Both the position numbers and the translations under genes were made by a program. Under the pieces are notes generated by a model. The model did not search any database and was not told the DNA's origin. It saw nothing but the letters and a program-made list of their open reading frames with translations. 60,156 bases of DNA from a virus. Location of the stretch: positions 1 through 60,156 of the IMG/VR virus record IMGVR_UViG_3300010398_000003. One strand, 5' to 3'. Below, one piece after another: positions 6,749 to 16,903 of the stretch (position 1 is its first letter; every line of letters begins with the position of its first letter).

Positions 6749-9244
6749 ATGGCGGTAGCTCCTCTCGGGAAGGCGTTCATTACGGTGACCGCTGACCTGA
6801 AGGACTTTCCGGCCGAGCTGAAGGCGAAGCTGATCGCGGCGCTGAAGGAGGCCACGGCTGGCGTCGACTGGACCGAGTTCGAGGACAAGGCGCGGGAGGC
6901 CGGCGACGAGGCCGGCGACGCCATCGCGGACGAAGTCGAGAAGAAGACCAATCAGCGTATGAAGGACAGCGGTGACAAGTCTGGGAAGTCCTTCATGTCG
7001 GGATTCCTTGGCGCGTTCAAGTCGATCGGGCCCCTGCTACTGCCGACCCTGATCGCACTCGCGGTGGAGGTAGGCGCCGCGCTACTCCCCGCCGTGTACG
7101 CCCTGGGTGCTGCCCTTCCGGCCGCGATCGGTACCGCCGTGGTGTCGGCCGGTGCGCTCATGCTCGCCTTCCACGGCGTCGGCGCGGCCATCTCCGCCGC
7201 CTTCGCTGGGGACCCGGCCAAGCTGGCCGCCGCCATGCAGAAGCTGGCGCCGGCCGCGCGCGAGGTGGTCGGCGAGGTCGTCGCGCTGAAGGGCCAGCTA
7301 TCCGGACTCCAGCAGGCCGTTCAGCAGGCGTTCTTTGTCCAGCTGGAAGGCTCGGTCAGGCGGCTCGTGACGACGCTGCTGCCGACCCTGCGGTCCGGGC
7401 TGACCGGGCTGGCCTCCGACTTGGGCAGGATGGGTGCCGGCCTGGCGTCGGCGCTCGGGGGGTCCAAGGGCGACCTGGCGCAGGTGTTCGCCGGGGCGCG
7501 TGCGGCGCTGGCGCCGATGATCCCGCTGCTGGGCCAGATGGTGGCTGCGTTCATCAAGCTCGCCGCCCAGGCGGCCCCGTTCGTCGCCGTGTTGTCCCAG
7601 GGGTTCGCGGGCACGCTGGAGCATCTGGTGATCGCGATCAATACGGCTGCGGCTAATGGCGGGCTCCAGCGTCTCTTCGCGGACGGCCTGATCGTGCTGC
7701 GTCAGTTCGGTGACCTGCTGGGCTCCGTGCTCCGGCTGGTCGGTACGTTGCTGAGCGCACTCCAGACGGCCGGCACGCCCGCGCTCGGCGTGCTCGGCGC
7801 GATCGTCAACGAACTGAACGCGTTCTTCTCCTCGGCCCAGGGCAAGGACGCGCTGGTCATCCTGTTCGACCTGCTCAACAACGTGCTGTCGTCGCTGGGC
7901 CAGATCCTGGCGCCGCTGCTTCCGGTGCTCGGCGAGCTGGTTTCGGCGCTCGGCACCGAGCTGATCAACTCGCTATACGTGCTCACTCCGGCGATGGTGA
8001 CGCTGGTGGACGCGGTGGCCAAGCTACTGCCAGTGGTGATTCCGCTCCTTCCGGTCATCACCGCCCTGGCTACCGGTCTGGCCGCGATCGTGCAGTTCCT
8101 CGGCCGGTACCCGGGCTTGATCCAGGCGGTGGTCGTCGGGCTGACCGCGTGGAAGCTGGCGATGATGGCGATCGACGCCTACCAAGCGATCTTCATAGCG
8201 GAAGAGGCGGCCACTCCCTGGGGTCTGATCATCCTGGCCATCGCGGCGATCATCGCGGGTATTACCTTGCTGGTCACGCATTGGAAGGAGGTCACCAAGA
8301 TCGCGTCCGATGCGTGGGGCGCGATCGTCGGCGGCGCGAAGGCGGCAGCCAACTGGATGGAGGGCGTCGCCGGCCAGATCGGCAGCTTCCTGGCCAAGAT
8401 CGGCAAGTTCTTCTACGACCTACCTGGCCAGATCCTGGGCTTCCTGTCGTCTCTACCTGGGATGCTCGTGCAGCAGTTCGAACAGGCCATCGATGGCGTC
8501 GCGTTCGTCGTCGGCGCTGGCATCGGCCTCGTGGTACGCGAGTTCTTCATGCTCCCCAGCCAGATCTGGAATGTCCTGTCGGGCCTGGGCCAGCTGCTCT
8601 GGCACCTGTTCACCGATGCGCTGAACCTCACGATCAACACGACGGTCGCACTCGGCGAACAGCTGGTGGACTTCTTCCGCGCGTTGCCCGGTCGGATCTG
8701 GAGTTTTCTGTCTGGTTTGCCCGGAATGCTCGGTAATGTGTTTCGCAACGCGTGGGACTCCGCGTACAACGCCGTGGTGTCGGCCGGCGAGCGGATCATC
8801 TCGTTCACCATGTCGCTGCCGGGCAGGCTCGTCGGGTTCATGCGCAACGTCGGCTCCGACATCCTGAACGGCCTGAAGGACGCGATCAACGGCGTGATCC
8901 GGTCGTTCAACTCGGGTATCGACAAGGCGGCCGGCCCGCTGCACATCCTCATCCCGCACATCCCGTACCTGGCGCACGGCGCCGTCATCGACTCGCCCAC
9001 CCTCGCGGTGCTCGGCGAGAAGGGCCGCGAGGTTGTGCTCCCCACGGACGACGCGGAGCGGGCGCGCCAGCTTATGGTCCAGTCGGGGCTGGCCAACCTG
9101 CTGGCGGTACCGCAGGGGACGCCGAACATCACCGTCCTGGCCTACTTCGGGCCGAACGGGGAGATGCTGGACGTGATCGACCAGCGGGTAGAGGCCGGAC
9201 TGGACGGCCAGGCTACCGCGCTCAACCAGGGCACCCGGAGGTAG
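6749..9244 (+). CDS. tape measure protein
   Basis: 831-aa ORF. It has a charged helical N-terminus, then long Ala/Gly/Leu-rich hydrophobic helical repeats. It lies between the chaperone and the minor tail genes. Confidence 0.85.
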   Translation: MAVAPLGKAFITVTADLKDFPAELKAKLIAALKEATAGVDWTEFEDKAREAGDEAGDAIADEVEKKTNQRMKDSGDKSGKSFMSGFLGAFKSIGPLLLPTLIALAVEVGAALLPAVYALGAALPAAIGTAVVSAGALMLAFHGVGAAISAAFAGDPAKLAAAMQKLAPAAREVVGEVVALKGQLSGLQQAVQQAFFVQLEGSVRRLVTTLLPTLRSGLTGLASDLGRMGAGLASALGGSKGDLAQVFAGARAALAPMIPLLGQMVAAFIKLAAQAAPFVAVLSQGFAGTLEHLVIAINTAAANGGLQRLFADGLIVLRQFGDLLGSVLRLVGTLLSALQTAGTPALGVLGAIVNELNAFFSSAQGKDALVILFDLLNNVLSSLGQILAPLLPVLGELVSALGTELINSLYVLTPAMVTLVDAVAKLLPVVIPLLPVITALATGLAAIVQFLGRYPGLIQAVVVGLTAWKLAMMAIDAYQAIFIAEEAATPWGLIILAIAAIIAGITLLVTHWKEVTKIASDAWGAIVGGAKAAANWMEGVAGQIGSFLAKIGKFFYDLPGQILGFLSSLPGMLVQQFEQAIDGVAFVVGAGIGLVVREFFMLPSQIWNVLSGLGQLLWHLFTDALNLTINTTVALGEQLVDFFRALPGRIWSFLSGLPGMLGNVFRNAWDSAYNAVVSAGERIISFTMSLPGRLVGFMRNVGSDILNGLKDAINGVIRSFNSGIDKAAGPLHILIPHIPYLAHGAVIDSPTLAVLGEKGREVVLPTDDAERARQLMVQSGLANLLAVPQGTPNITVLAYFGPNGEMLDVIDQRVEAGLDGQATALNQGTRR

Positions 9245-9246
9245 GC

Positions 9247-11289
9247 GTGTCGACCCTCACCGCGACGGCGGACCCGGCAAACTCCTTCATCCGTCTTGAC
9301 CTGGACTATTCGGACGTGCTGGCCACGCATGCCCGGATCACCCGGACCAACGCTGACGGTACCCAGGTGGACGTGCGGCCGAACGCGTTCGCGCGTACGT
9401 TGACCACGACGCCCGCCAACACCAATCAGACGTTTGAGGGTCTGGGCACCGGGTCGGTCCAGGGCTGGTTCAACACGGGCGGCACGGTCGCCCGTGCCGC
9501 CGACCAGACGCACGTCCACAGTGGACTATGGGCGATGATGCTCACACCGAACGGGGTGGCCGCGACGCCGTTCGTAGAGTCCGACAAAATCGCGGTCACG
9601 CCGAGCCAGCAGGTCCAGGGTGCCGCGTGGCTCTACAACGTCGCCGGCTACTCCACCGGGATGCGACTGGGCATTAACTGGTACGACGCGGCCAGTAACT
9701 TCCTGTCCACCTCGTTCCTGTACCCCGGCAGTACCGGGGCCGCGCTGCCGGCCGCGACGTTCACCGCGTATGGCTCGGCGCAGACCGGCATCTATCCCCA
9801 GGCGCCGGCCGGCGCCTTCCAGGCGAGTCTTTCGATCAACTATCTGGGGACGCCGTCGGGCGCCGTCGTGGTGTGGGCCGACGATGCGCGAATCGGCCCG
9901 TACCCGTCGCCGGTGCCGCTGCCGACGGTCGTTGCCCAGGTGCTCGTTGGCGGGAAGATCACGTTGTACGACACCGAGGCGTCCCTGGATCAGAACGTCA
10001 CCTACACTGCCATCGCCTACGCCGACCAGGGTCCGCTGACCAGCGGAAGCCAGACCTACGACCAGGGCCCTGTCATCGGCTCGACCCTGACCGCACAGAC
10101 GACGCTCCTCAGCCAAGGCACCATGTGGCTGAAGGACCCGACGCGGCCGGCCAACTCGATCCGCGTCGGGTTCAACGCGCCCGGCGTCCCGCTGCGCGAG
10201 GCGGTGTCGGGCGTGACCGCTGTGTCCAGCCCGGCCGTGACGTTCCAGGGACTCGACGCCGAGAAGCTGGCCGGCCGGTCCTCCGCCTTCGACGTGAACA
10301 ACCGTAACCGGCCGGTAGCCGTGACGCGGTCCCGGTCTGACCCGTCCGGACAGCTGTTCCTGATCACTCGCACCCTCGCCGACCGGGACGCGCTGACCGC
10401 GTTGCTGCGCCCCGGCGGTCAGGTGCTCCTCCAAGTCCCACCCGTCTACGGAGTGCCGGACTCCTACCTGCTGGTCGGCGATGAGACGATCTCTCGGATC
10501 GGCCAAGACCACCGGTACCCCCGGCGGGTCGTCGGGCTGCCCTACCAGGTGGTGGACCTGCCGCCCGGGCCGAGCCAGGGCGTGGCCGGCGCGCGCTGGT
10601 CCGATCTGTGCAACCGGTACGCTACGGCGGGCGCCCTCATGGCCGGCTCGGCTGGCCTGTGGGACACGTTCACCCGCACGCTGTCCTCCGCGTGGGGTAC
10701 GCCGGATACGGGCGCCGCGTACACGCTCAACGGCTCCGCCGCCGACTTCAGCACCAACGGCGCGTCCGGCGTCATCACCCTGTCGGCGACGAACCTGATC
10801 CGGTCCGCCACCTCGGGGAGCTTCACCAACTCGGACCTGTACGGGGAGTGGACGGTACCGGCTATCGCGGTAGGCGCGGCGCTGTCCGCCGGCCTCGTCA
10901 CTCGCTACACCGACGCGTTGAACTACTACCGGCTGGTTATGGTGTACGGGACGAGCACGGCGGCCCCCACCCTCATCAAGCGGGTAGCCGGCGTGGAGAC
11001 CACCCTCGCCACCGGTACGGCGGTGGCGTATGTGGCCGGTCAGCGGTACCGGGGGCACCTCCAGATCTCTGGCACCGCCATCAAGGCGTCCATCTGGAGT
11101 AACACTGGCGAGCCGGCGGCGTTCCAGCTATCCGTGACCGACTCAGCGCTAGCCGGCCCCGGCAGCTGCGGTGCATTCGCTCTCGCCGCCACCGGTAACA
11201 CCAACGTCTCGCCGGCCTTCACCTTCGACAATCTGCTCGTGCCCGTGGCGCCCACCTGGGCGCAGGTCATGGCACGGGCGTTCGCGTAG
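9247..11289 (+). CDS. minor tail protein (distal tail protein-like with extra domains)
   Basis: GTG 9247 lies 3 nt after the tape measure stop, in frame within ORF 8752..11289. 680 aa. Assigned by its position directly after the tape measure gene. Confidence 0.7.
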   Translation: MSTLTATADPANSFIRLDLDYSDVLATHARITRTNADGTQVDVRPNAFARTLTTTPANTNQTFEGLGTGSVQGWFNTGGTVARAADQTHVHSGLWAMMLTPNGVAATPFVESDKIAVTPSQQVQGAAWLYNVAGYSTGMRLGINWYDAASNFLSTSFLYPGSTGAALPAATFTAYGSAQTGIYPQAPAGAFQASLSINYLGTPSGAVVVWADDARIGPYPSPVPLPTVVAQVLVGGKITLYDTEASLDQNVTYTAIAYADQGPLTSGSQTYDQGPVIGSTLTAQTTLLSQGTMWLKDPTRPANSIRVGFNAPGVPLREAVSGVTAVSSPAVTFQGLDAEKLAGRSSAFDVNNRNRPVAVTRSRSDPSGQLFLITRTLADRDALTALLRPGGQVLLQVPPVYGVPDSYLLVGDETISRIGQDHRYPRRVVGLPYQVVDLPPGPSQGVAGARWSDLCNRYATAGALMAGSAGLWDTFTRTLSSAWGTPDTGAAYTLNGSAADFSTNGASGVITLSATNLIRSATSGSFTNSDLYGEWTVPAIAVGAALSAGLVTRYTDALNYYRLVMVYGTSTAAPTLIKRVAGVETTLATGTAVAYVAGQRYRGHLQISGTAIKASIWSNTGEPAAFQLSVTDSALAGPGSCGAFALAATGNTNVSPAFTFDNLLVPVAPTWAQVMARAFA

Positions 11290-11298
11290 GGGGGCGCC

Positions 11299-12435
11299 GT
11301 GCTCACTGGGGGGCTCGACGCCCGGTACCGCCAGGCCCTCGCCACGGGCGCCGGCTTCACCGCGCGGGTGGACATCACCGACCAGAACGGCAGCGTCCTG
11401 CTGGGCGACGTGCCGTACTCGGCCGGCCAGGTCCAGGCGACCCTCCAGAACCGGGTCACCCGCCAGCTGAACCTGACCGTGGACAGCTCGCTGAAGCCGT
11501 TCACGGCCGGCGGCCTCATCGACTACACGGCGCCGCTGGCCCCGTTCGGCAACCGGATCAAGGCGTATCGGGGGATCGCCTACGGCGACGGCACGGTGTG
11601 GCCGCCGCCGTACGGCTTCCCGGTCTTCTACGGCTGTATCGAGACCGTGGCGGTGGACCACACGGGCGCCGTCCAGGTCACCGCGATGGACCTCGCCAAC
11701 GAGATCGTGACGGCCGGGCTGGAAAACCCAATGAACTCGATCCCCACCAACTCGGTGGCCCAGGAGTTCGTCCGGCTCATCCTGGACGCGCTACCCAGCG
11801 CGACCTTCGGCACCAGCGACCCCTTCACCTGGGGCATCGGCCAGTTGACCTGGACGGACCGGGGGCAAGCCCTGGACGACCTGGGCAAGTCTGTCTCCGG
11901 CCTCTGGTACCCGCTCGCCGACGGTCGATTCGTGCAGCGGCGCACGCCCTGGACGTACCCGGGGCATCAGCCGGTGCTCACCCTCGCCTCCGGTGACACG
12001 GATTCGCTCGGGGTGATCGGCCAGTACAAGGCGATGCTGTCCCGGACCGGCGTGGCGAACACGGTCGCCTACGTGGCCGACAGGCAGGACGGCTTTCCGG
12101 CGCTACGGTCGGTGGCCCGGGACTTGACCACCACGTCCCCGACGTACGTACACGGCAAGTTCGGCAAGAAGGTGCTCCAGGTCCAGGTGCAGGCCGCCCT
12201 CTCGCAAGGCCAGGTGGACGTGGGTGCGCAGAATGAGCTGCACAAGGCCCTCGCGCTCGGCGTGACCTGGAACCCCGTGCAGATCGTCCCGGACGGTTCG
12301 CTGGAGTTAGGCGACCTGGTCACGATCACGGCCGGCGGGGTGACCGGTCAGCAGGTGATCACCGGCTTTACGATGCCGCTACGGGAGAATGGCGCTATGC
12401 CGCTCCAGGTCCGTGCGTACACGCCGCTGTCGTAG
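11299..12435 (+). CDS. minor tail protein
   Basis: 378 aa. The N-terminus LDARYRQAL..FTARVDITDQNGSVLLGDVPYSAGQVQATLQNRVTRQLNLTVD is typical of actinophage baseplate/tip proteins. Confidence 0.65.
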   Translation: MLTGGLDARYRQALATGAGFTARVDITDQNGSVLLGDVPYSAGQVQATLQNRVTRQLNLTVDSSLKPFTAGGLIDYTAPLAPFGNRIKAYRGIAYGDGTVWPPPYGFPVFYGCIETVAVDHTGAVQVTAMDLANEIVTAGLENPMNSIPTNSVAQEFVRLILDALPSATFGTSDPFTWGIGQLTWTDRGQALDDLGKSVSGLWYPLADGRFVQRRTPWTYPGHQPVLTLASGDTDSLGVIGQYKAMLSRTGVANTVAYVADRQDGFPALRSVARDLTTTSPTYVHGKFGKKVLQVQVQAALSQGQVDVGAQNELHKALALGVTWNPVQIVPDGSLELGDLVTITAGGVTGQQVITGFTMPLRENGAMPLQVRAYTPLS

Positions 12436-12445
12436 AGGAGGTGGG

Positions 12446-13000
12446 ATGCCCAGCAACCAGCTTGCTCAGGCCGCACAGGCGCTCTCGACCGACTTCGAGA
12501 TGCGCACGGGCGTAGTGAAGACCGCGTCCGCCCGGTCGGCGAGTGTCGTCGTCACCGTGGACAAGACGGATATCCCCATGCGGTCTGTCGTCTCCGACTG
12601 GTACCTGGTCGGCGACACCGTTACCGTGCTGCGCCAGGACGCGACCTACCTGTGTCTCGGCCGGACCAACCAGGATGCCTTCCACGCTGTTGCCCTCCAG
12701 AGCGGCTGGGGCGGCTTCATCGAGGTCGCGCGCGTGGCTGGCATTCCCGGCGGCTGGCAGCTCGTCGGGATTCCCACGCCCGGCACGAAGACCAACGGCA
12801 CTACGATCGGCCAGCTGCCGGCGGGCATCGGCTGCTTCCCTGGGCGCGCTCAGGGCTTTTCCGGCGTCGACTGCGACGTGACGGTGGCCGGCGGCCAGAG
12901 CCCACACCTGGCGGTCAACACAGACGGGACGCTGGTCTGCTTCGGACTGGGTAGCGCGAACGTCGTCGAGATCAGCGGCTTCTACTCCGTGGACTGGTGA
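12446..13000 (+). CDS. minor tail protein
   Basis: ATG 12446 follows GAGGAGGTGGG, in frame within ORF 12389..13000. 184 aa, beta-rich. Confidence 0.6.
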   Translation: MPSNQLAQAAQALSTDFEMRTGVVKTASARSASVVVTVDKTDIPMRSVVSDWYLVGDTVTVLRQDATYLCLGRTNQDAFHAVALQSGWGGFIEVARVAGIPGGWQLVGIPTPGTKTNGTTIGQLPAGIGCFPGRAQGFSGVDCDVTVAGGQSPHLAVNTDGTLVCFGLGSANVVEISGFYSVDW

Positions 13001-13003
13001 GGC

Positions 13004-13597
13004 ATGCCGGGCAGCACCGCAAACCAGGGCTTCAGCTTTGCCCTCGCCGGTGACGCACCATGCTCGTGGGCGGTCACTGAGCAGCTCTTGGCTTCCCAGG
13101 TGGAGACGAAGTCGGTCGGGTTCGATACTGACTCCGCCCGGGTGGCCGCGAACAACATGGTCAAGATCAGCAAGTCGAACGCTAGCGCGATCGGTTTTCT
13201 CTCCTACGACACGGTGGAATTCAATCGGGGAACGCCTACCGATCTATCCGTGTACAACGGGGTGTTGTTGAATCCGGGCTATTACCTGATCGGCGGTGAG
13301 GCCCAGGTGATTACCACATCGGCCGGCAATAACACCAGCAAGTACTTTAGCGGTGGTATACAGGGTGCGGTCGGGTTCGTCGCGTCGGATATCGCCGCTT
13401 CCGGCTACAGCCTGACGGTCGAGGGGACGTTTAGCAACACGAATGGGCCGGCACCTTGGCCGAATACCGCAGTGGGGGCTAGCGCAGTAGTGCAGGCCAC
13501 CACGCCCAATACCCACATACGGTTCGCCCCGGGGGGAAGCACCATCGACTCCTACCTTTATGTGCAGATGTGGGCGTTCCAGATCGGGGATCTGTAG
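13004..13597 (+). CDS. minor tail / receptor-binding-like protein 1
   Basis: 197 aa, Gly/Ser/Thr/Asn-rich. First of three tandem genes of about 200 aa. Confidence 0.6.
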   Translation: MPGSTANQGFSFALAGDAPCSWAVTEQLLASQVETKSVGFDTDSARVAANNMVKISKSNASAIGFLSYDTVEFNRGTPTDLSVYNGVLLNPGYYLIGGEAQVITTSAGNNTSKYFSGGIQGAVGFVASDIAASGYSLTVEGTFSNTNGPAPWPNTAVGASAVVQATTPNTHIRFAPGGSTIDSYLYVQMWAFQIGDL

Positions 13598-14206
13598 ATG
13601 CGGTACACCACCACGGAGAACTACCCGGCGCCGGATACCTTCGACTTTGCCGACGCACCCAGCGACCTGTTCGCCCTCGCCTCGGGAGTGGATGCCAAGT
13701 TCCCTGGTTGGGACGCCATCTTCGCCGCGTCCACCAAACAGAAGACCTTCCGGGTCCGCTCGACCGTGGACAGTGCGGCCATCACGCCGCTGAACGTCGG
13801 CTTTCTGAAGACCCCTGTCACGATCGACTTCGACAATACCGGGGGGATGCTCAGCACCTCGGGGACATTGTGGAGTCAGCAAAGAGTGGCCGGGGACGGT
13901 CCGAGTTGGTGGTATTTCGGCGGTCTGTTTCTGGTGCTGGAGGCGAGTGCGCCGACCATCGGAAAGCCAGTCGGCGTGAACCTGGCCATCAATGACACCA
14001 ACACTGACACCAATGCGTCGATTACGACCAATATCTATGGCGACTCCCCGGCATCGAATACGTCAGGTGAGTTCGTCGCATTCCAGGGGATCGTCAAGTG
14101 CTACGGGACGGCGTCGGGCATTCCGACATTCAATAACGGCAATACCGTGAACTACGTTGTCAAGGCCGGGTCCATGTTCTGGGGTACGCGATTGGGTGGT
14201 GCGTGA
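13598..14206 (+). CDS. minor tail / receptor-binding-like protein 2
   Basis: 202 aa. The N-terminal RYTTTENYPAPDTFDFADAPSDLFALASGVD motif is typical of actinophage fibre N-termini. It starts directly after the upstream TAG. Confidence 0.6.
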   Translation: MRYTTTENYPAPDTFDFADAPSDLFALASGVDAKFPGWDAIFAASTKQKTFRVRSTVDSAAITPLNVGFLKTPVTIDFDNTGGMLSTSGTLWSQQRVAGDGPSWWYFGGLFLVLEASAPTIGKPVGVNLAINDTNTDTNASITTNIYGDSPASNTSGEFVAFQGIVKCYGTASGIPTFNNGNTVNYVVKAGSMFWGTRLGGA

Positions 14207-14820
14207 TGCCGGGGGTGACGCCGAACCGGTCGATCCGGTATCCGCTTTACGGCGAGGCCGCGCTACCGCCGATCGCCATGGAGGCGACCGCGATCGACAT
14301 CGATACGGCGGCCACCACGACCGACGGCCTCCGAGCGGGTGCCCTACACAAGCCTCGCGCGTCGATCCTGTCTACCTTGGGCATCGGGTCCGGGCAGGCG
14401 ATCACCAAGGCGTCGATCACCGGGCTGACGTTCAACCAGCTGAACTACGACAACACGGCCGCGCAGAACTTCGCCGACCTGGGCAACAACCGGCTCGTGT
14501 GCCGGACGGCCGGCGTCTACTACATTACGGCCGGGGGCACCGCCGACTTCAGCGGCAGCATGACCACCCCGTGCACTCTCCAGATCGCGATCTCGCGCAA
14601 CGGCAACACATCGTCGCTACCGGACTTCCAGCCGCATAAGTACTTTACGCCCGACATGACGGCCGGCTTCCTCGACATCTCGGTGTCGGCCTGGTCCTTT
14701 ATGGTGCTCGCGGTTAACGACCTGATCACCGCGAACTTCTTCTGGAACGCGGCCAACACGCCGACGCTGAACTTCGCCAACGCGTTCCTGAGCGCCACGA
14801 TGCTGTGTACGAACCCGTAG
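14203..14820 (+). CDS. minor tail / receptor-binding-like protein 3
   Basis: 205 aa. The N-terminal IRYPLYGEAALPPIAMEATAIDID is analogous to the neighbouring gene. GTGATG overlap with the upstream stop. Confidence 0.6.
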   Translation: MMPGVTPNRSIRYPLYGEAALPPIAMEATAIDIDTAATTTDGLRAGALHKPRASILSTLGIGSGQAITKASITGLTFNQLNYDNTAAQNFADLGNNRLVCRTAGVYYITAGGTADFSGSMTTPCTLQIAISRNGNTSSLPDFQPHKYFTPDMTAGFLDISVSAWSFMVLAVNDLITANFFWNAANTPTLNFANAFLSATMLCTNP

Positions 14821-14851
14821 GCGGTACCCTCGGCCCAGGAGGGGGGACTGG

Positions 14852-15544
14852 ATGACCAGCTATCTGATCGACGTGGCGTCGCCGTACCAGGACGGGATCG
14901 ACCTGGCCGAGGTGTTGGCGGCCGGGTTCACGCGGGTCAATGTCAAGATCAGTCAGGGCGACTGGTACACCAACCCGAACGCCCAGATGTGGATCACGCG
15001 GGCCCAACAGCTCGGCATGGGCGTGTCCACCTTCCACTGGCTGGACAACTCGGCGAGCGGCAAGGCCCAGGCCCAGTTCGCGCTCGGCCTGATGGATCGC
15101 TACGGCGTCCGGTACGGGGCCGTCCATCAGTGCGACTGCGAGGACACGAAGTCGCCGGCCACCTGGACGATTTGGCGCGACTACATGACCGAAGTCCAGC
15201 AGGGTCTGGGCCGATACGCGATCAACTACACGGGTCACTGGTGGTGGACGGCGGCCGGCCGCAACTGGAATGGCGCGTCGATCACCCCGTACCTCTGGGC
15301 GGCGCCGAACCATGGCTACGACATTGCGTACCCTGGCGACAGTTCGCCGGACTGGAACGCCGGCTACGGAGGGTGGGACCAGTACACGGCGCTCCAGTAC
15401 GCGGTCTCGCCGGTCTGGGGTGCGGGCGGCGGCGAGCTGTCGAAGACGGCGTGGCGGTCCCAGCCGGCCTGGGACGCGCTGACCGGGGTGGCGGCCTCGT
15501 CCGGCACCCGATCATCCAACTGGTGGCTCTGGGAGAACTCATGA
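14852..15544 (+). CDS. endolysin, GH25 muramidase domain
   Basis: AGGAGGGGGG RBS. LIDVASPYQDGIDL is the GH25-type IDVSxxQG signature, with a later HQCDCED acidic cluster. 230 aa. Confidence 0.8.
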   Translation: MTSYLIDVASPYQDGIDLAEVLAAGFTRVNVKISQGDWYTNPNAQMWITRAQQLGMGVSTFHWLDNSASGKAQAQFALGLMDRYGVRYGAVHQCDCEDTKSPATWTIWRDYMTEVQQGLGRYAINYTGHWWWTAAGRNWNGASITPYLWAAPNHGYDIAYPGDSSPDWNAGYGGWDQYTALQYAVSPVWGAGGGELSKTAWRSQPAWDALTGVAASSGTRSSNWWLWENS

Positions 15545-15936
15545 TCTTGACTCACGACGACCCGATGGGCGTCCTGGCCTATCCGACGACCATCGGCGGC
15601 GGCATCGTCTGGGTGTCCATCGGCGCCGACTTCGGTGACTGTGACATCCGACTGGCGTTCCTGCGTCAGAAGCCGGGCACGCCGGCCCCCGTCTGGGAGG
15701 TCGTCACCCTGCCGGTTCGCTCGGCGGCTGGCAACATCGAGTACAAGGTGGACACCGACGGCACCGTGTACCACCGGGTGTCGGCGGAGATCAGCAACAT
15801 CAGCCACGAATGGACGCGGGACTTCGGCGAGAAGGACGACGGCGGCAAGCCGATCCTCCGGCCGTCGAAGTTCGGCGAGAGCCCGTATTGCGGAATCAAG
15901 GTCGCGGTACAGATCATTCCCGACGCGGGGGTGTAA
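15541..15936 (+). CDS. hypothetical protein in lysis cassette
   Basis: ATG 15541 overlaps the upstream stop (ATGA), in frame within ORF 14989..15936. 131 aa. Confidence 0.55.
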   Translation: MILTHDDPMGVLAYPTTIGGGIVWVSIGADFGDCDIRLAFLRQKPGTPAPVWEVVTLPVRSAAGNIEYKVDTDGTVYHRVSAEISNISHEWTRDFGEKDDGGKPILRPSKFGESPYCGIKVAVQIIPDAGV

Positions 15937-16015
15937 CCGGCGAGGCCGCTTCTCCGCCTGACCGGTGGCGGCTACCGTAGGTCAACTTCGGGTTGGGAGG
16001 GGAGCGTGCCGGCGG

Positions 16016-16336
16016 GTGGAGCTGTTCCAATCGGCGTGGGCCCAGGGTGGGGCACTCGGCATTCTGCTGCTGGTGGTGGTACTGGTCTGTACCGGCCGCC
16101 TGGTACCGAGGAGCGTGGCGAAGGCATGGGTGGACCTGGCCAAGACCAACGCGGAGATCCATCAGGCGGCGGCAGCGGCGGCGGACGCGCGGGCCGACAC
16201 CGCCGTGAACGCGATGGTGGAGCAGACGGCGGCTATGCGGGAGATGCAGGGCGTCATGCGGACAATCAACGATCGGCTGGGGACGCCTCCGGTGCCTCCG
16301 CCGGGCTGGATGCCGGCCTCCGCAGGTGGTCCGTGA
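16016..16336 (+). CDS. single-pass membrane protein (holin/spanin-like accessory)
   Basis: GTG 16016 lies about 10 nt after GGGAGGGGAG, in frame with ORF 15965..16336. It has a TM helix GALGILLLVVVLVCTG and an Ala-rich helical tail. The start is uncertain. Confidence 0.45.
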   Translation: MELFQSAWAQGGALGILLLVVVLVCTGRLVPRSVAKAWVDLAKTNAEIHQAAAAAADARADTAVNAMVEQTAAMREMQGVMRTINDRLGTPPVPPPGWMPASAGGP

Positions 16337-16539
16337 TCCGCGCGACGATACGCCGGGTCTGGGTGCGATTGTGGCATCTGGATGGGGACATGGCCGCCCA
16401 GCGCCAGGCCGCCGAGGAGCAGCGCCTCCACCTGGAGACGAAGCTGGAGGCCACGCGCCGCGATACCATTCCCCGCGTACGCCGGCAGACGGACGCCTTC
16501 GCTGCGGAGGTGGAGCGGGCGCTGAGGAGCCTTCGGTGA
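16333..16539 (+). CDS. small coiled-coil protein
   Basis: GTG 16333 overlaps the upstream stop (GTGA). 68 aa with a helical segment AAQRQAAEEQRLHLETKLEATRRD. Confidence 0.45.
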   Translation: MIRATIRRVWVRLWHLDGDMAAQRQAAEEQRLHLETKLEATRRDTIPRVRRQTDAFAAEVERALRSLR

Positions 16540-16874
16540 CCCAGATGCAGGTCATCTACGACGCCGGCAACATCCTCGTGTACGTGCTGGCGGGCGTCTG
16601 CCTCCTGTTCGTCGCCGTCTACTCGGTGCTGGCGCCCTGGTGGCGCTCGGCCGTGGGACGTAACCAGGTGGAGCTGGTGGGGGCGCTAGGACTGATCGCG
16701 GCGCTGGCCATCGTCCGGCAGCTGGCCGGCGGGGACGCCGCCTGGTTTGCCTGGCTGCGCCTGGCCGTGTTCGCGGTCATCCCTTTCGCGGTGGTGCGCC
16801 GGACCGTTCTGCTCGTCGGACTCCAGCTGCGGAGCCGGCGCGCGACGCGGCGCGGCGGACGGCCGGCGCGGTGA
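16536..16874 (+). CDS. multi-pass membrane protein (holin candidate)
   Basis: GTG 16536 overlaps the upstream stop. There are three to four hydrophobic helices (ILVYVLAGVCLLFVAVYSVL, LVGALGLIAALAIV, LRLAVFAVIPFAVV) and a basic tail. Confidence 0.55.
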   Translation: MTQMQVIYDAGNILVYVLAGVCLLFVAVYSVLAPWWRSAVGRNQVELVGALGLIAALAIVRQLAGGDAAWFAWLRLAVFAVIPFAVVRRTVLLVGLQLRSRRATRRGGRPAR

Positions 16875-16903
16875 CCTTGCGGTGGTAGCCTCCCCGTCGA
16901 GGG

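Noticed and set aside
6710-6751. Chaperone and tape measure share a reading frame, separated by a single TGA (6710-6712) and 12 sense codons, which suggested stop-codon read-through fusion
   Set aside because: A shared frame has a one-in-three chance, and 12 stop-free codons are unremarkable at this GC content. No read-through context or precedent is known to me. It is kept only as a note.
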